DNA of 63,449 nt, the filler included, from Globobulimina sp. (Eukaryota): assembly GCA_003354225.1 (NCBI GenBank). It is 30 parts of 30 records of this genome, joined end to end, with 100 filler letters (N's around TTAATTAATTAA, not from the genome) between each part and the next. Parts side by side here need not be neighbours in the genome. Positions count along the whole stretch, not along the records: positions 38,137 to 40,154 come from PIVH01009708.1; positions 40,255 to 42,272 come from PIVH01009709.1; positions 42,373 to 44,390 come from PIVH01009710.1; positions 44,491 to 46,508 come from PIVH01009711.1; positions 46,609 to 48,626 come from PIVH01009712.1; positions 48,727 to 50,744 come from PIVH01009713.1; 24 more parts are not named here. One strand, 5' to 3'. The notes under the pieces were generated by a model that had not been told where the DNA came from, ran no database searches, and worked only from the letters and a program-made list of their open reading frames with translations. Each line of letters starts with the position of its first letter. The first letter of the stretch is position 1. Position numbers and translations under genes: made by a program. This document shows, in pieces, positions 38,585 to 50,844 of the stretch.

Positions 38585-39996
38585 TTGACGCATTGGATTA
38601 GAAACTGGGAATGCCATATATCACCTTTTTGTGCAGTTAAATCTTATTATTCTGGAATATTATGGTATATCGGAATGTGTTGTAAAATATTGCCTGAGAT
38701 TGTTAATTTAAGTAAATATGAATATAAATTAGATATTCGTGTTGAAATTAGAAACGAAATTATTAATTTGTCCGCAGCTCAAATTGATGACATGCAAAAT
38801 GCAGTTGAATGTTGGCTACAATTACAAGATACAATAAATGAAGCACGACATAATGAATTAATAATGAAATTAAATGAAACCGATATTTCTGCAACAAAAC
38901 TCTGGATTAAATATATTGAGTGTAAATATCCTCAACATATAACAAGAATAATTTTTTTCATATTAAAAAAATGTTGTACTAAATTATACTTTCTACAAAC
39001 TGGTCTAAATAATGAAATGTTAATGGAATTCTGTAAAAATAAGCAAATATTTAGACGTCGTGTCCCTGCCAGAGATACACCAAAGGAAATCTATAATAGT
39101 TTGATGAATTTTGTTGGTTATGGCAAAGAAAAATATTTACAAGAATTATCATATCAAACTCCGAAACAACTACAAGTTGCAATACTATCATTTGTCGAGT
39201 TTTGTTTCTTTGTTATCTATCTAATATAATGTGTATATATCCAATCTGTTTTTATATTGTAGTTGGGTCAAAGATCGAATTGTATTTAGACATCCATATG
39301 ATGTGGATTCAAATGGTAAAAGACCCTGTATCATTATTGATACATTAAAAAAAATGGGTGAAAACTAGAATTAAAAAAGCAAATAACATCAAACACATTA
39401 AAGTTTTATGGAATAATAATGGAATGAGCACAGTCATCCAATGTAATAGTAATAAAAATGAAACTAAATATGCCACTAAAAAACAATTAAATCCATATAT
39501 GAAAACTATTGGACCGGAGATGTGGTACTTATTTCGTTTAATATTTATTTATAAAACTAATTTGCAGGCAATCAATCATATTAAAAAAAACCCGGAAATA
39601 TTTGAAATTATAGTTAATGATTGGTTGAGTCAATTAAATGACTTTTATGATGAAATACTTTCATTATCACCATATTGCACAACTAATGGTAATACATATT
39701 ATCAAGAAATAACATTTGATAATACATTAATAACAAAAAATAGTGAATTATCATTGAAAAATTGTACTGAAAATAATTTATTTAAAAATAAAAATAAAAA
39801 TATGAAATGGAATGTTAATATTGATTCGGATTTAATACATTGGATTAATAGTCATTGCAAATCTCAATTTAAAGTCAGTGAGGCTATGATTTTATTATGC
39901 AAACAACATAAAAAATTCTCCTTTTTTGATGAAAAAGTATTACGGCGCAAATTACGAATTCATTTGATTCATAAGTATATATTCTATGTATTTTGA
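38585..39996 (+). CDS. Hypothetical protein (two long ORFs, possibly exons)
   Basis: 214-aa and 212-aa ORFs separated by an intron-like AT tract; no family recognised. Confidence 0.35.
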
Positions 39997-40254
39997 TTTA
40001 TTTTTTGTGTTTAAATATTAATATATAGAAACGAATCGAGGCAAATACGATGTCATCCGATTGTAGTAAATCAAACTACGACTGATCCGTTGATCACCAC
40101 TCAAACAAAACTAAAAACCAAACAAAAAAAAGAAAAAAATCAAGATTTAATGACNNNNNNNNNNNNNNNNNNNNNNNNNNNNNNNNNNNNNNNNNNNNTT
40201 AATTAATTAANNNNNNNNNNNNNNNNNNNNNNNNNNNNNNNNNNNNNNNNNNNN

Positions 40255-42128
40255 TATTTGGTTCTGATGCTTGGCTTCAGGACTTAGATTTGTCAGACAC
40301 TAAAGTTGCGGTGTTTGGTATGGGTGACAGTCATTATGTATATTTCAACGAAGCTGCCAAATTATATGATGATGTATTGAGGTATCATACATTTGTTATA
40401 TTTAGTTTCAAACTGAAAAATATAGTTTCAAACTGAAAAAATGTAGTTTCAAACTGAAAAAAATATAGTTTGAAACTGAAAATTTAGTTTGAAACTGAAA
40501 TATTTTTTTTCGAGCTAAAAATTATTTCAGTTTGAAACTGATTTTGAGGTGAAAAAAGTGCATACATTTTGCAATTGACAGAAATAAATGGGGAGCACAG
40601 ATGATAATGGATGATTATGGCAAAGGTGACGATCAAGACGACGAAAAATATGAGTCCGCGTGGGAAGATTTTGCCCCATCCATGTATACCAAATTAATGT
40701 TGCCGGAGCCGGCCAGAATATTATTACCCGCTACCTATTCATCTGAATTACATACGGATTTACATCAAATTGAAAGCGATTTGATTCTCCCCGCCGGTGC
40801 TTCGGTGGTGCCGGTGATTGAGAGCAGATTATTGACGCCGCCTTCTTATGACCGCGATACCAGACATTATGAATTCGACACTGCCGGCATGTCCTATGAA
40901 GTTGGCGACAGTTTAGGCGTTTATGCACATAATGATGCTGAAAAGGTTTAGTATTCCACATAAAAAACCCATTTTTAGAGCTGACTTTGACACTTTTTTT
41001 TTGTTTTCGTAGGTGAGCAAATTTTGTGAATGGTATGGTTTTAATGAAACGGATGTGATTCGATTGGTGGACAATGTATCGGATAGAAAAGACCCATTGC
41101 CCTCAAATCTGAGCATCGCGCAGTTATTCACGCAAGTTTTGGACATATTTGGTAGACCAAAGCGCAGATTCTACGAACTGTTGTCGTTAGTGGCCACTGA
41201 TGCGACAGAAAGAGGAAAGTTAGAAAATGTGAGCAACGAAGAATATAAATTCAATATTTCCGAGACCAAGACGCACGAAGATTTGTTGAAAGAATATCAG
41301 TCCGCACGGCCTTCCATCGGCCATTTGATTGATTATGTGCCAAAAATAAAGCCGCGACTATATTCCATCGCTTCCTCTCCCAACGAACAGCCGGACAACA
41401 TCGCCTGTTGCATCGTGGTGGATGACTGGACCACGCCGGTCGGCAAAGTGTATAAACGGGGCTTATGTTCGAATTATCTAAGTACACAAAACCCCAACGA
41501 TAAAATAATTGCAAAAGTATGTTCCAAAAACGTTATGAGAGCACCAAATCTGCATTTTTTTGTGTTTTGACAGGTGAATGCCGGCGTTGTGGCCATGCCG
41601 AGCGAGCATAACATACCAATGGTGATGGCGGGTTTGGGCACTGGTTTGGCGCCGTTGCGTGGCATGGTTCGTGACCGAGCGCATGCGATAAAAACTGGGG
41701 AGGTATCTGCGGCTGAGGCCGGTGAGATGGCGTTGTACTTTGGGGCTAGGTACAGAAAGGATGAATTTCTATATGAGCCGGAATGGTTAGAATTTCATAA
41801 TGGCGGCGCCGGCCCATTGAAACATTTACGGACTGCATTTTCGCGCGACCAGGCGCATAAAATCTATATTCAGGATAAAATCATGGAAGATCCGGAGTTG
41901 ATTTATGATTTATTGGTGAATAAGAAAGGTTATTTTTATGCTTGTGGTAGTTCGGCGGTGCAAGATTTAAGGCATTATGTTGCAAAATGTATCGCCACAG
42001 TCGGTAACATGTCGGAAGAGGAAAGTGGCAAATATGTGACACAAATGATAGGGTTTCAACGCCGGAGCAGGCGATTGATGATAATTCCGAAACTTAAATA
42101 TGAGATCAATTCCAATAGGCAGAATTGA
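40255..42128 (+). CDS. Diflavin reductase (flavodoxin + FAD + NADPH domains), most like the C-terminal half of pyruvate:NADP+ oxidoreductase
   Basis: VAVFGMGDSHYVYFNEAAK, GDDQ, GDSLGV, PRLYSIASS, GLCSNYL, GLGTGLAPLRG, LYFGAR, AFSRDQ..KIYIQ; introns 40382-40581, ~40946-41012, ~41517-41574. Confidence 0.85.
40403..40540. repeat. Intronic tandem array of palindromic units TAGTTT(C/G)AAACTGAAA
   Basis: Five ~19-22-bp copies plus one offset copy, each with the dyad AGTTT-N-AAACT. Confidence 0.85.
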
Positions 42129-43379
42129 AAATATCATTAAACGTTATAATATAATCAAAAAACTCTCTGTCTTTTAACGATTCCTGATCTCCTTCTGTTG
42201 TAATCAGCGATTTTTCAAATGCAGATATTCATCTGATATGCAATAACGGGCCAGGCCTGTAAGATTTTGTTTNNNNNNNNNNNNNNNNNNNNNNNNNNNN
42301 NNNNNNNNNNNNNNNNTTAATTAATTAANNNNNNNNNNNNNNNNNNNNNNNNNNNNNNNNNNNNNNNNNNNNAATACAAACTATAATCACATCACGTATC
42401 CCAACACGCAAAATGTGAGCCATACGCAGAGTAATCGCGAAGTTAAGTACTCAAATCATTTGATGTCTTGTTTTTCAGTCTGTAGGCAATAAGTGATGAG
42501 ATGCATAAATTAATGGGGAAAAGTGATGAGATGAATTAAGACTATTTGCAGTGCTGACTAGCGTTTTTTCTCAACATTTTCGATATTTTGAGTACGTCAT
42601 ATTAAGAGATATAGAAACACATGATTCGATATTTTGATTCGTCATAATGACACTTGACTTTTTGGCTCAATTGCAATTTTTTGTGAATTAAACAACAAAT
42701 GAATTAATAAATAATAATAAGTATTAATAAGTAATTAATATTAACAAATAATAAACACCAATACGTGCTGTGCTGTATATTGACAATTCACAACAAAAAA
42801 GTTAATTAGTTACAGTATTGTCAGTGGTAACCGGTACACACCAAAAACAGTCTGAAATAGAGGAAAAAAACAAATTTATAAATCCGTACTTATTTTTTTC
42901 CATCAAATTATACGTTTCATGTTAATGCATTTCGCATTGAGGTATGTTACTATTTCACTGACATATCATATACTATTTTATATATAATATTTTTCACATA
43001 ATAACATTATTGCGCTGCTTGATGAAAAAAAATATGCCAACTTATATTATAATATAACAATGTAGTTTATTTTCTCTTTTTTGATTGTTTCTGTTTTTGC
43101 GGCGTTGATTAAAATATGTATATGAAATAGTTACGTTCAGAATTTCAAAACAGTGTCAGGCACATATTCTAGACATTATATTGAAATTTTTCTGAGCTGA
43201 ATATTTCATACATAATTGACCTGAATGCCAAAAGTTTCTCGCATATACAAAATATATGACTCCGCATATTCTGGTCAATTATTTTAAAAAACACATTTAT
43301 AGCAAACGGTACAACCACAGACACGAATATTTTTACAGCAACAATAAAATATTTTTTCATACTTTAACAGTGGCAATAT

Positions 43380-43763
43380 TTATTCTTCAACTTTTTCTTC
43401 ATCTTTTTGTTCTTTTTTTTGTTCTTTTTTTTTTCGTTCTTCTCTTTTTCGTAATTTTTCTTCTCTCCATTTTCTTTTTTCTTGTGCTTCATCTTCGTCA
43501 TCATCACTCTCTGGTAAATGCGAAACAGTTTCGATGATATACTGTTTAAGATCTGGCCAGAGTTTAGATGGGATGTCTTGTCTATACACGGCTCGCCGAG
43601 CAAGATCCCATTTCCCCGTTACTCCACAAAAAAATATCCCGGATTCTATGTCTTGTGTACCAATATGCCACAATTCATCCAATTGATGCGAATGTAACCA
43701 TTCTTTTAGTTCACCTTTTATGAAAGGATGAAAGTGCTGCCGGGCCATGTATGATTGATGCAA
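43380..43763 (-). CDS. Hypothetical protein with charged tail
   Basis: 127-aa ORF with a globular-looking N-terminal part and a K/E-rich tail; divergent from folB. Confidence 0.4.
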   Translation of the reverse strand: MHQSYMARQHFHPFIKGELKEWLHSHQLDELWHIGTQDIESGIFFCGVTGKWDLARRAVYRQDIPSKLWPDLKQYIIETVSHLPESDDDEDEAQEKRKWREEKLRKREERKKKEQKKEQKDEEKVEE

Positions 43764-43832
43764 TTGATGCGTTTTAATTTAGAAGTTTGATTGGTGAAAA
43801 GTTTTCGTCAAGTTCAGTCACTTAAGTTTACA

Positions 43833-44390
43833 ATGAATAAATGTATGAAAGGAACATATAAATCAACATCCAGAGTTCTGATGCATATGAATCGATGTTT
43901 GTTGAGACCTAATGGTTGTTGCAATTTTTTGAATCGTTCATGTTCTGCGTATTGCAGTGAATTGGTTCAAAACAACGCGACTCAGTCTCAGTATGATGAG
44001 AGCAGAGATTATGTGTTTGTTGATGACCTTTTGTTTTATGGATTTCATGGCGATATAAAAGAAGAGAAAATCTTGGGACAAAAATTTAATATTTCATTGA
44101 AATTATACCCCAAAAATGAAAAGTTGACAAAAGTGGGGAAATCTGATAATTTGAATGATACAATGGATTATACCATAATTATTAATGAAATTGAAAACAT
44201 AATGAAATGGAAATCCTATGATATGATCGAGAAATTGGGACATGAGATTGCAAGGAATGCATTCAAAGAGTACGGCTCTCACAAACTGGATGCAATACAA
44301 ATTAAAATCAGTAAACCAAATGTTGCAATTCCGCAAAGTGTAAAATGTGTTGGCGTCAATATATTCCGAACAGGGAATGACTTTGCATAA
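43833..44390 (+). CDS. folB: Dihydroneopterin aldolase with N-terminal extension
   Basis: FYGFHG..EEKILGQKF, SDNLNDTMDY, MIEKL, ISKPNVAI..VGV.I.R; ~55-aa basic/Ser-rich leader. Confidence 0.92.
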   Translation: MNKCMKGTYKSTSRVLMHMNRCLLRPNGCCNFLNRSCSAYCSELVQNNATQSQYDESRDYVFVDDLLFYGFHGDIKEEKILGQKFNISLKLYPKNEKLTKVGKSDNLNDTMDYTIIINEIENIMKWKSYDMIEKLGHEIARNAFKEYGSHKLDAIQIKISKPNVAIPQSVKCVGVNIFRTGNDFA

Positions 44391-44626
44391 NNNNNNNNNN
44401 NNNNNNNNNNNNNNNNNNNNNNNNNNNNNNNNNNTTAATTAATTAANNNNNNNNNNNNNNNNNNNNNNNNNNNNNNNNNNNNNNNNNNNNTCAAGAACTG
44501 GACACGAAGTTTATATGAAAAGTTGCATTTTAAACCAGACATTTATACTATTTTGTTCCTTGTCGTGGATTGAAATGTGTTCTTAGAAATGTGTCTTAGC
44601 TGACTTGAGCATTCAACAAAAACTTC

Positions 44627-44998
44627 ATGGTAACGTTGTTATTATTTTTATTATCAGTATTACTAAATATAGATTTATCATCATCACAAACAACACCATC
44701 GCCAACCAGAGGAGCTAATTGGGGATCTGCTGAAGTACAGACAACACCAACACCATCAAAAGAACCTATAGCAAGTGATGAGACAAATGATAATTCGTTA
44801 ATAATATATTGCGTGTTGTCTGCATTGGTATTTGCTGTTGTTATTATTATAATCATTATTGTAGTTCGGAGAAAAAATACAAGGAATAGAAGTGATGGAA
44901 TGCAACGTATACTGTATAATGATAGTGATGACGATACGGATACTGATCACACACTCAATGACAGTGAGACAATTGCATTTATGTCTGATGGTTTATAA
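44627..44998 (+). CDS. Small type I membrane protein
   Basis: Signal peptide, T/P-rich stalk, TM helix, RRK stop-transfer. Confidence 0.65.
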   Translation: MVTLLLFLLSVLLNIDLSSSQTTPSPTRGANWGSAEVQTTPTPSKEPIASDETNDNSLIIYCVLSALVFAVVIIIIIIVVRRKNTRNRSDGMQRILYNDSDDDTDTDHTLNDSETIAFMSDGL

Positions 44999-45139
44999 CT
45001 TGTACCTCATGTTTACATTACCGTATTTTTCTAAAATATGCGTTGTTTTTAATCTTTATGTTTTTTTCTGTGTTTTACTTTTTTATATATAAAGAAGTTT
45101 TAAGTTTTTTACTCGAGCTCCAAGAACAAATCTTTAACA

Positions 45140-45639
45140 ATGTCACACTTAGTAATACTATTGAATGTATTGATAGCTTCAACAATATATGCAACCACAA
45201 TTGATTTTACATGCAATGATAATGACTGTTCATGTTTACATGGCGAATGTCACCATACGTGTTTACCACAAGAATGTAGCAACAAAAGCTTTGTGTGTCC
45301 TTCTTCAGCAACATCATGTGTACTAAATTGTGATGGTTATCAATCCTGTAAAGATACACAAATATATGGTGCTGCCGATACAGTTGAAATAAACTGTAAT
45401 GGTACACATGCATGCGATGGTACACAAATATTCTGTGGCGTTCCTGACTCACTCTCAACTGGCTATTTATCAGCAACATATGAAACAGACCAATTTAGCG
45501 GAGCAATGACTGATTGTTTTGTAAATGTATTAACGTCAAATGCAATGAGTTTGGGTGATATTTCATGCAACGGCAACATTCAAAATTGTGTAATTAATGC
45601 ACATGAAATCAACGCCATATCACAATCATCATTCCAATG
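45140..45639 (+). CDS. First exon of a secreted Cys-rich repeat protein
   Basis: Signal peptide, C.G..SC/AC repeats, donor-like TG/GTATG at 45640; no downstream exon found. Confidence 0.7.
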
Positions 45640-45804
45640 GTATGCCATGTATACAATACATCATTGCACAAACATTTCATATGTGTTTTTCTAAATATTT
45701 CCCCTTGTTTTCCCATCATTATTATACTATCTCTGATATTTCATAGAGTTCTATAAGCATTTATTTACCTAATATTTATATATAAACCTTAAATTTTAAA
45801 AATC

Positions 45805-46338
45805 ATGGATGACGCTTACATTGGATCAATCGTATTATTTGCAGGAAATTATGCACCAAGAAATTGGGCATATTGCAATGGCCAGTTAATAACAATTTCA
45901 CAGAACCCATCACTATTTTCAATTCTAGGCACTGTATATGGCGGTGATGGAGTTACTACTTTTGGCTTACCTGACCTTAGAGGTCGTGTCCCTATTCACC
46001 CAGGAACAGGTATCGGTTTAACAACTCGGTTACTTGGAGAAATGTCTGGTTTTGAGAGAGTATCAATAAGTGAGGCTCAAATGCCAGCTCATACACATGT
46101 TGCAGCATCTACACTTCATGGTGCAGAAGAAGCAAATACAGAAGACCCAACTTCGAATTTCATTGCAGCAGCAGCATCACCTTCTTTTAGTAACGCTACT
46201 GATCTTACATTAAATTCAGGAGCTGTTACAACAGATAATCAGATGACAGGGCAAAATCAAGCTCATTATAATATGCAACCTTATTTAGGTATAGGATATA
46301 TTATCTGTACAGTTGGACTATACCCTCCAAGACCTTAA
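45805..46338 (+). CDS. Bacterial phage tail-collar domain protein (microcystin-dependent protein MdpB-like)
   Basis: YIGSIVLFAGNYAPRNWAYCNGQL...LFSILGTVYGGDGVTTFGLPDLRGRVPI...MPAHTH...HYNMQPYL..YIICTVGLYP; intronless. Confidence 0.95.
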   Translation: MDDAYIGSIVLFAGNYAPRNWAYCNGQLITISQNPSLFSILGTVYGGDGVTTFGLPDLRGRVPIHPGTGIGLTTRLLGEMSGFERVSISEAQMPAHTHVAASTLHGAEEANTEDPTSNFIAAAASPSFSNATDLTLNSGAVTTDNQMTGQNQAHYNMQPYLGIGYIICTVGLYPPRP

Positions 46339-46350
46339 TAAACACTTTCT

Positions 46351-46389
46351 ACTAAAGCCCATATAAACTAAATATGGGCTTTAGTTTTT
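46351..46389 (+). terminator. Rho-independent terminator
   Basis: Perfect 14-bp stem ACTAAAGCCCATAT/ATATGGGCTTTAGT, 7-nt loop and T-run, 12 nt after the tail-collar stop codon. Confidence 0.85.
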
Positions 46390-46608
46390 AAATTATATTA
46401 ATCACAAAAAACACAAAGCAGATCTATATTATTTATAATACTTTGGAATAAATCATTTTACAAAGAATAATAAATAATAAGGTGAAAGAATATTCTATTG
46501 AAATTATANNNNNNNNNNNNNNNNNNNNNNNNNNNNNNNNNNNNNNNNNNNNTTAATTAATTAANNNNNNNNNNNNNNNNNNNNNNNNNNNNNNNNNNNN
46601 NNNNNNNN

Positions 46609-48243
46609 TCAATATATAACAAGAAATATAACATTAGATAAAGACCCACATATATTTGTTTTGTTGAATGGGGTATATAATGCGAAAACATGTGAGTTCC
46701 GTGAATCTACGAATCCAGACGAATATATTTCAAATTTAAAGAGAGCTACAATAAATTTTGTGGCAAAAGAAGATTTAGATCCAACTAAAAATGATGAACT
46801 AATGGAAATATTAAACCATCAGTTGCCACGTAGAGACTCACAAATTGTATCTCAACAAATTTACGGATCAAGTTTATTAGCCATGGTTGTACGAGAGTTT
46901 AATTATAATACTTCAAAAAAAGGACATAGTGGTAAATCTTTAAAAAGTTCATTAGCATTAGCAGTATTAGGTACAAAATCATACAATTATGGAATGAGGG
47001 CCAGTAAAGAATCATTTACGTCGAAACAGGATCGCGCAACATTTGCATTACTAGATCAAGTAAGATTATTTGTGATTGAAGAAGCACATAAAACTAATCC
47101 AGTGAATGGAAACGATTTAGATAGAACACTTGGATGTGGATCATTTACGTCTCGTGGATTTAACACAAGCAAAGCAGATAATGAAACGTTTGCAACTATA
47201 ATTATTAACTCAAAGCAATACAACCATATAAAGCAGCAACAAAAGACAAAGCATTGGTAGTTGAATTTGAAAATGAATATGTATTAAATGAAGCATTGGT
47301 GGATAAAGAAAATAATATATATATGCGAAATGTAAAATATTCAACGAAAGAATGGCAAGAAGAAATGAAACCATATTTTTTTCATTATTTAGCTGATGGA
47401 TGTAAACAATTTATTGACAATGGATATAAAGTTGAGTGTTCAAATCGATTGTTAGCAATTCGAAACGGTACAGAAATATATTCAGGAAATCTAACTGATT
47501 GGATTAATGATAAAATAGAATTAACAAAAAATGAAGAAGAGGGAATATTGATAAGAGATTTAGGTAAAAAATATAGGGAAACAATACATTTCCAGTCGTT
47601 AAGTAAACGAGAACAAAGGAAATCTGTTAATAATAGATTAATTGAAGCAATTGAAAACGATGAACAAATAAAAAACTATTATTGTAAACAAAAAAGGATC
47701 ACCGAAACAAAATTTACAAAAGTTATTCATCAATATGAATGGAAAAATGATAAAGATAAACAAAGTTTAAGCATATCTGCAAAACTCTCCAATATAAATA
47801 CATCTACTGAAAATACACAAGAACCATTAACTGAAAATACGCAAGAACCATTTACTGTAAATGCTTATAATAATTCACAAGAATCTGATTTTGAAAATAT
47901 ACCAATGAGTAGAAAACGAAAGAGACCATCTAAAGAAATCGATGAGTTATCACAACGAACAAATGAAATTACAATTGATTCAACTAATACTACGAATAAT
48001 AATAATAATCAAACATTTGATGTATTTCACAACGAAACAAAATTAACATTTATGTTTACAATTGGACAATCCATTACATTTCACCCAGATTGGAATTATG
48101 GTATAATTTTCGATAAAAAACATGAGAATTCAATTAACTGGTATCAAATACAATATAAAGATAATAAATTTTGGAAAAAAGAAAACCAAGTTGACGTAGA
48201 TCCTGATGAGAGGCCAGCGAAAAAACGTAAGCTGAATCAGTAA
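46609..48243 (+). pseudogene. Viral D5-like SF3 primase-helicase (NCLDV/Polinton-like), frameshifted, 5' truncated
   Basis: D5_N LDKDPHIFVLLNGVYN...FRE..PDEYIS; Walker A GHSGKS; Walker B RLFVIEE; motif C IIINS; frame switch at ~47213 into DKAL.VVEF. Confidence 0.82.
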
Positions 48244-48449
48244 ATGTTTTGTTTGTATTTGAATATTGTAATGTTACACATCTATTTAATTAAACCTTGC
48301 ATCTATTTAATTAGCATGGAACATACGTATAATATGCGTCTTAAACATGATTATGAAATTATGAAATTTTGAACATATTGTACGTGTTTATATACTTTAT
48401 ATTGCAAATATAGAATAGAATTATATACTTTGATTAACTGTTATTAACC

Positions 48450-48626
48450 ATGGGACAAGCACTCACCACCCCAGAACCAATTCCATCACATAAACCAGCA
48501 TCTTTTATAGCTGCAATTCTATTATATCAAACATATAATGAGACACACAAAAATGATCAACCATGGATTGTTGAAAACATGGAGAATTTAATCCATGTTA
48601 TTGAAAACAAAATATCAACGCGACAA
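48450..48626 (+). CDS. Hypothetical protein start with MG (possible myristoylation) motif
   Basis: MGQALTTP..., open to the contig end, downstream of the D5 gene. Confidence 0.35.
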
Positions 48627-48984
48627 NNNNNNNNNNNNNNNNNNNNNNNNNNNNNNNNNNNNNNNNNNNNTTAATTAATTAANNNNNNNNNNNNNNNNNN
48701 NNNNNNNNNNNNNNNNNNNNNNNNNNTTTCTTTTTTTTTTTCCCTGATATTTAGGTGACGTTAATAATAATAAATGATTCATAGCATATTTTATTCCCAA
48801 TAATCCCTTTGGATGTGCATTATTTGAGAAATCAACAAATGGAGAATCAACCAAAACATTGATTTGATTTTAAGATTTTCTTCTTGAAGTGAGTTAGTAT
48901 TCTGGTCATCCTTCAATTTTATTCTGTTGATAATGCCTCCTCCAGCTTGACTGCCAAATATATTAATTCGCCGACATTCCAACA

Positions 48985-50744
48985 ATGAATGTAAGTAAAA
49001 AAAGATTAAGTCGTTCTCCGTCTGCTTCTAGTTTAGCTTTTGAGAGAGCAACGAAGAGACAAAAAATATCTAACAGTTCATCAAACGGCAACGATCCGAC
49101 TCGATGGCGCAACAAAAATAATATCTCCACTCCATCCACCCAAGTATTCCCACCACATAATTCTCTTCGATTCAGTGCAAGGATAACAACACACAAAACA
49201 CAGGAAACCGAACAACGTAAAAAGCGCCTACAACAATTTTACGCCATTACCAACCTGGCTTCCTCCAATGACAAATCCGAAACCTTACGCAAGAAAACCG
49301 TCTTCCAAGCAAACCACAACAAGCAACGCAACGACGTCGAAATCAGACTCGATTTGGACAAATACATGAAAAAAATCGATGCCTCCAAGGCCAAAATACA
49401 AAAAGATTTACAACTACGACTGCATAAAAAAAAGCTGCTGAAGCTAAAGAACAAAAAAAAGTGCCACTCCACACTGGACCCATTGGACGCATTTATGTCG
49501 GCCTTATCCGACCCATCCAATCCCACTCAAAACCCGTCCAAAAGCCCCAAAAAGAAGCAAAAAGCGGAGCGAATTTACAACGACGAGTCGAAATTTGACG
49601 AAGGCGATCTATTAATTTCTGATGAATTCAATTACAGCCACACGGACAGCAAAAATAAAAAAGAAATCAAAGTAATCGACCACTCTCAAATTAGCTACGC
49701 CGCCATCCGCAAAAACCTCTACGTGGAATCCCCCGAAATGTCGCTAACGAGTTGGACCGACATCGCCTTGATCCGCGCCGACTTACTGAATCACTGCAAA
49801 GTGGTTTGTAGGAAGGGCACCGACATCAAACCCATCCTCAAATGGACGCAGTGCGGTTTGAGCAACAATATCCTCGCCGCATTGGCCAAATTCCAGTACG
49901 CCAAACCGTTCGCGGTGCAGTGCCAAGCCATCCCCATCATTATGAGTGGGCGCGACCTGATTTGCGTGGCACAGACCGGCAGCGGCAAGACCTTGGCCTA
50001 CATTTTGCCGCTGATCCGGCACATTTTGGCCAACGGCGGGCAAGCACCGATGGAACGGGCCTATGTCTGCAGCATTGTACTGTGCCCAACGCGCGAATTA
50101 GCACAGCAGATTTATGCGGAATGCAATAAGTTTATGCGGATGCTGGATCTGGCCGTGGTGGCGGTGTATGGCGGAGTGAGCATCTCGGAGCAGATTGGAC
50201 GGCTTCGCAAGGGCTGCCATGTCGTGATCGCTACGCCGGGCCGTTTGATCGAATTGTTGTGCATTAATGGCGGCCGTCTGTTGGATATCAAGTATGTGTC
50301 CTATTTCGTGTTGGATGAAGCGGACCGTTTGTTCGATTTGGGATTTCAGTCTCAGATCTCCGCCATTTTGCAAAATGTGCGCCCCGATAAGCAGTTGTTG
50401 ATGTTTTCAGCCACCTTTCCCAAGAAAATCGAAAAAATCGCACGGCAGTATTTTCTGGGCGATGCGGAGCAGAATGTATGTCGTAAAATATTTTCTTTTT
50501 TATCTGAAACGTTTCTGAAATGAAATAAAAATATATTTATAATGTTTCGGATGTACAGAAAAGTGTGGAGAACGAGAACAAGAATAACAAGAAAAAGAAG
50601 AAGAAGAAGAAGAAAGAAGGCAACGCGATGCAAATGAGTATCGGGAGCAGTATGTCTGCGCCGTGCGTCAACGTGGCGCAGTTTGTGTACATTGTGGAGA
50701 GCGCGGAGGAGAAATTCAAGTCACTTTTGCGATTATTATCGGAG
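48985..50744 (+). CDS. DDX46: DEAD-box RNA helicase Prp5/DDX46 (spliced, 3' truncated)
   Basis: DPLDAFM, DHSQISY..IRKNLYVE, KPILKWTQCGL, AQTGSGKT, PTRELA, TPGRL, DEAD, SAT; intron 50476-50558. Confidence 0.9.
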
Positions 50745-50844
50745 NNNNNNNNNNNNNNNNNNNNNNNNNNNNNNNNNNNNNNNNNNNNTTAATTAATTAA
50801 NNNNNNNNNNNNNNNNNNNNNNNNNNNNNNNNNNNNNNNNNNNN

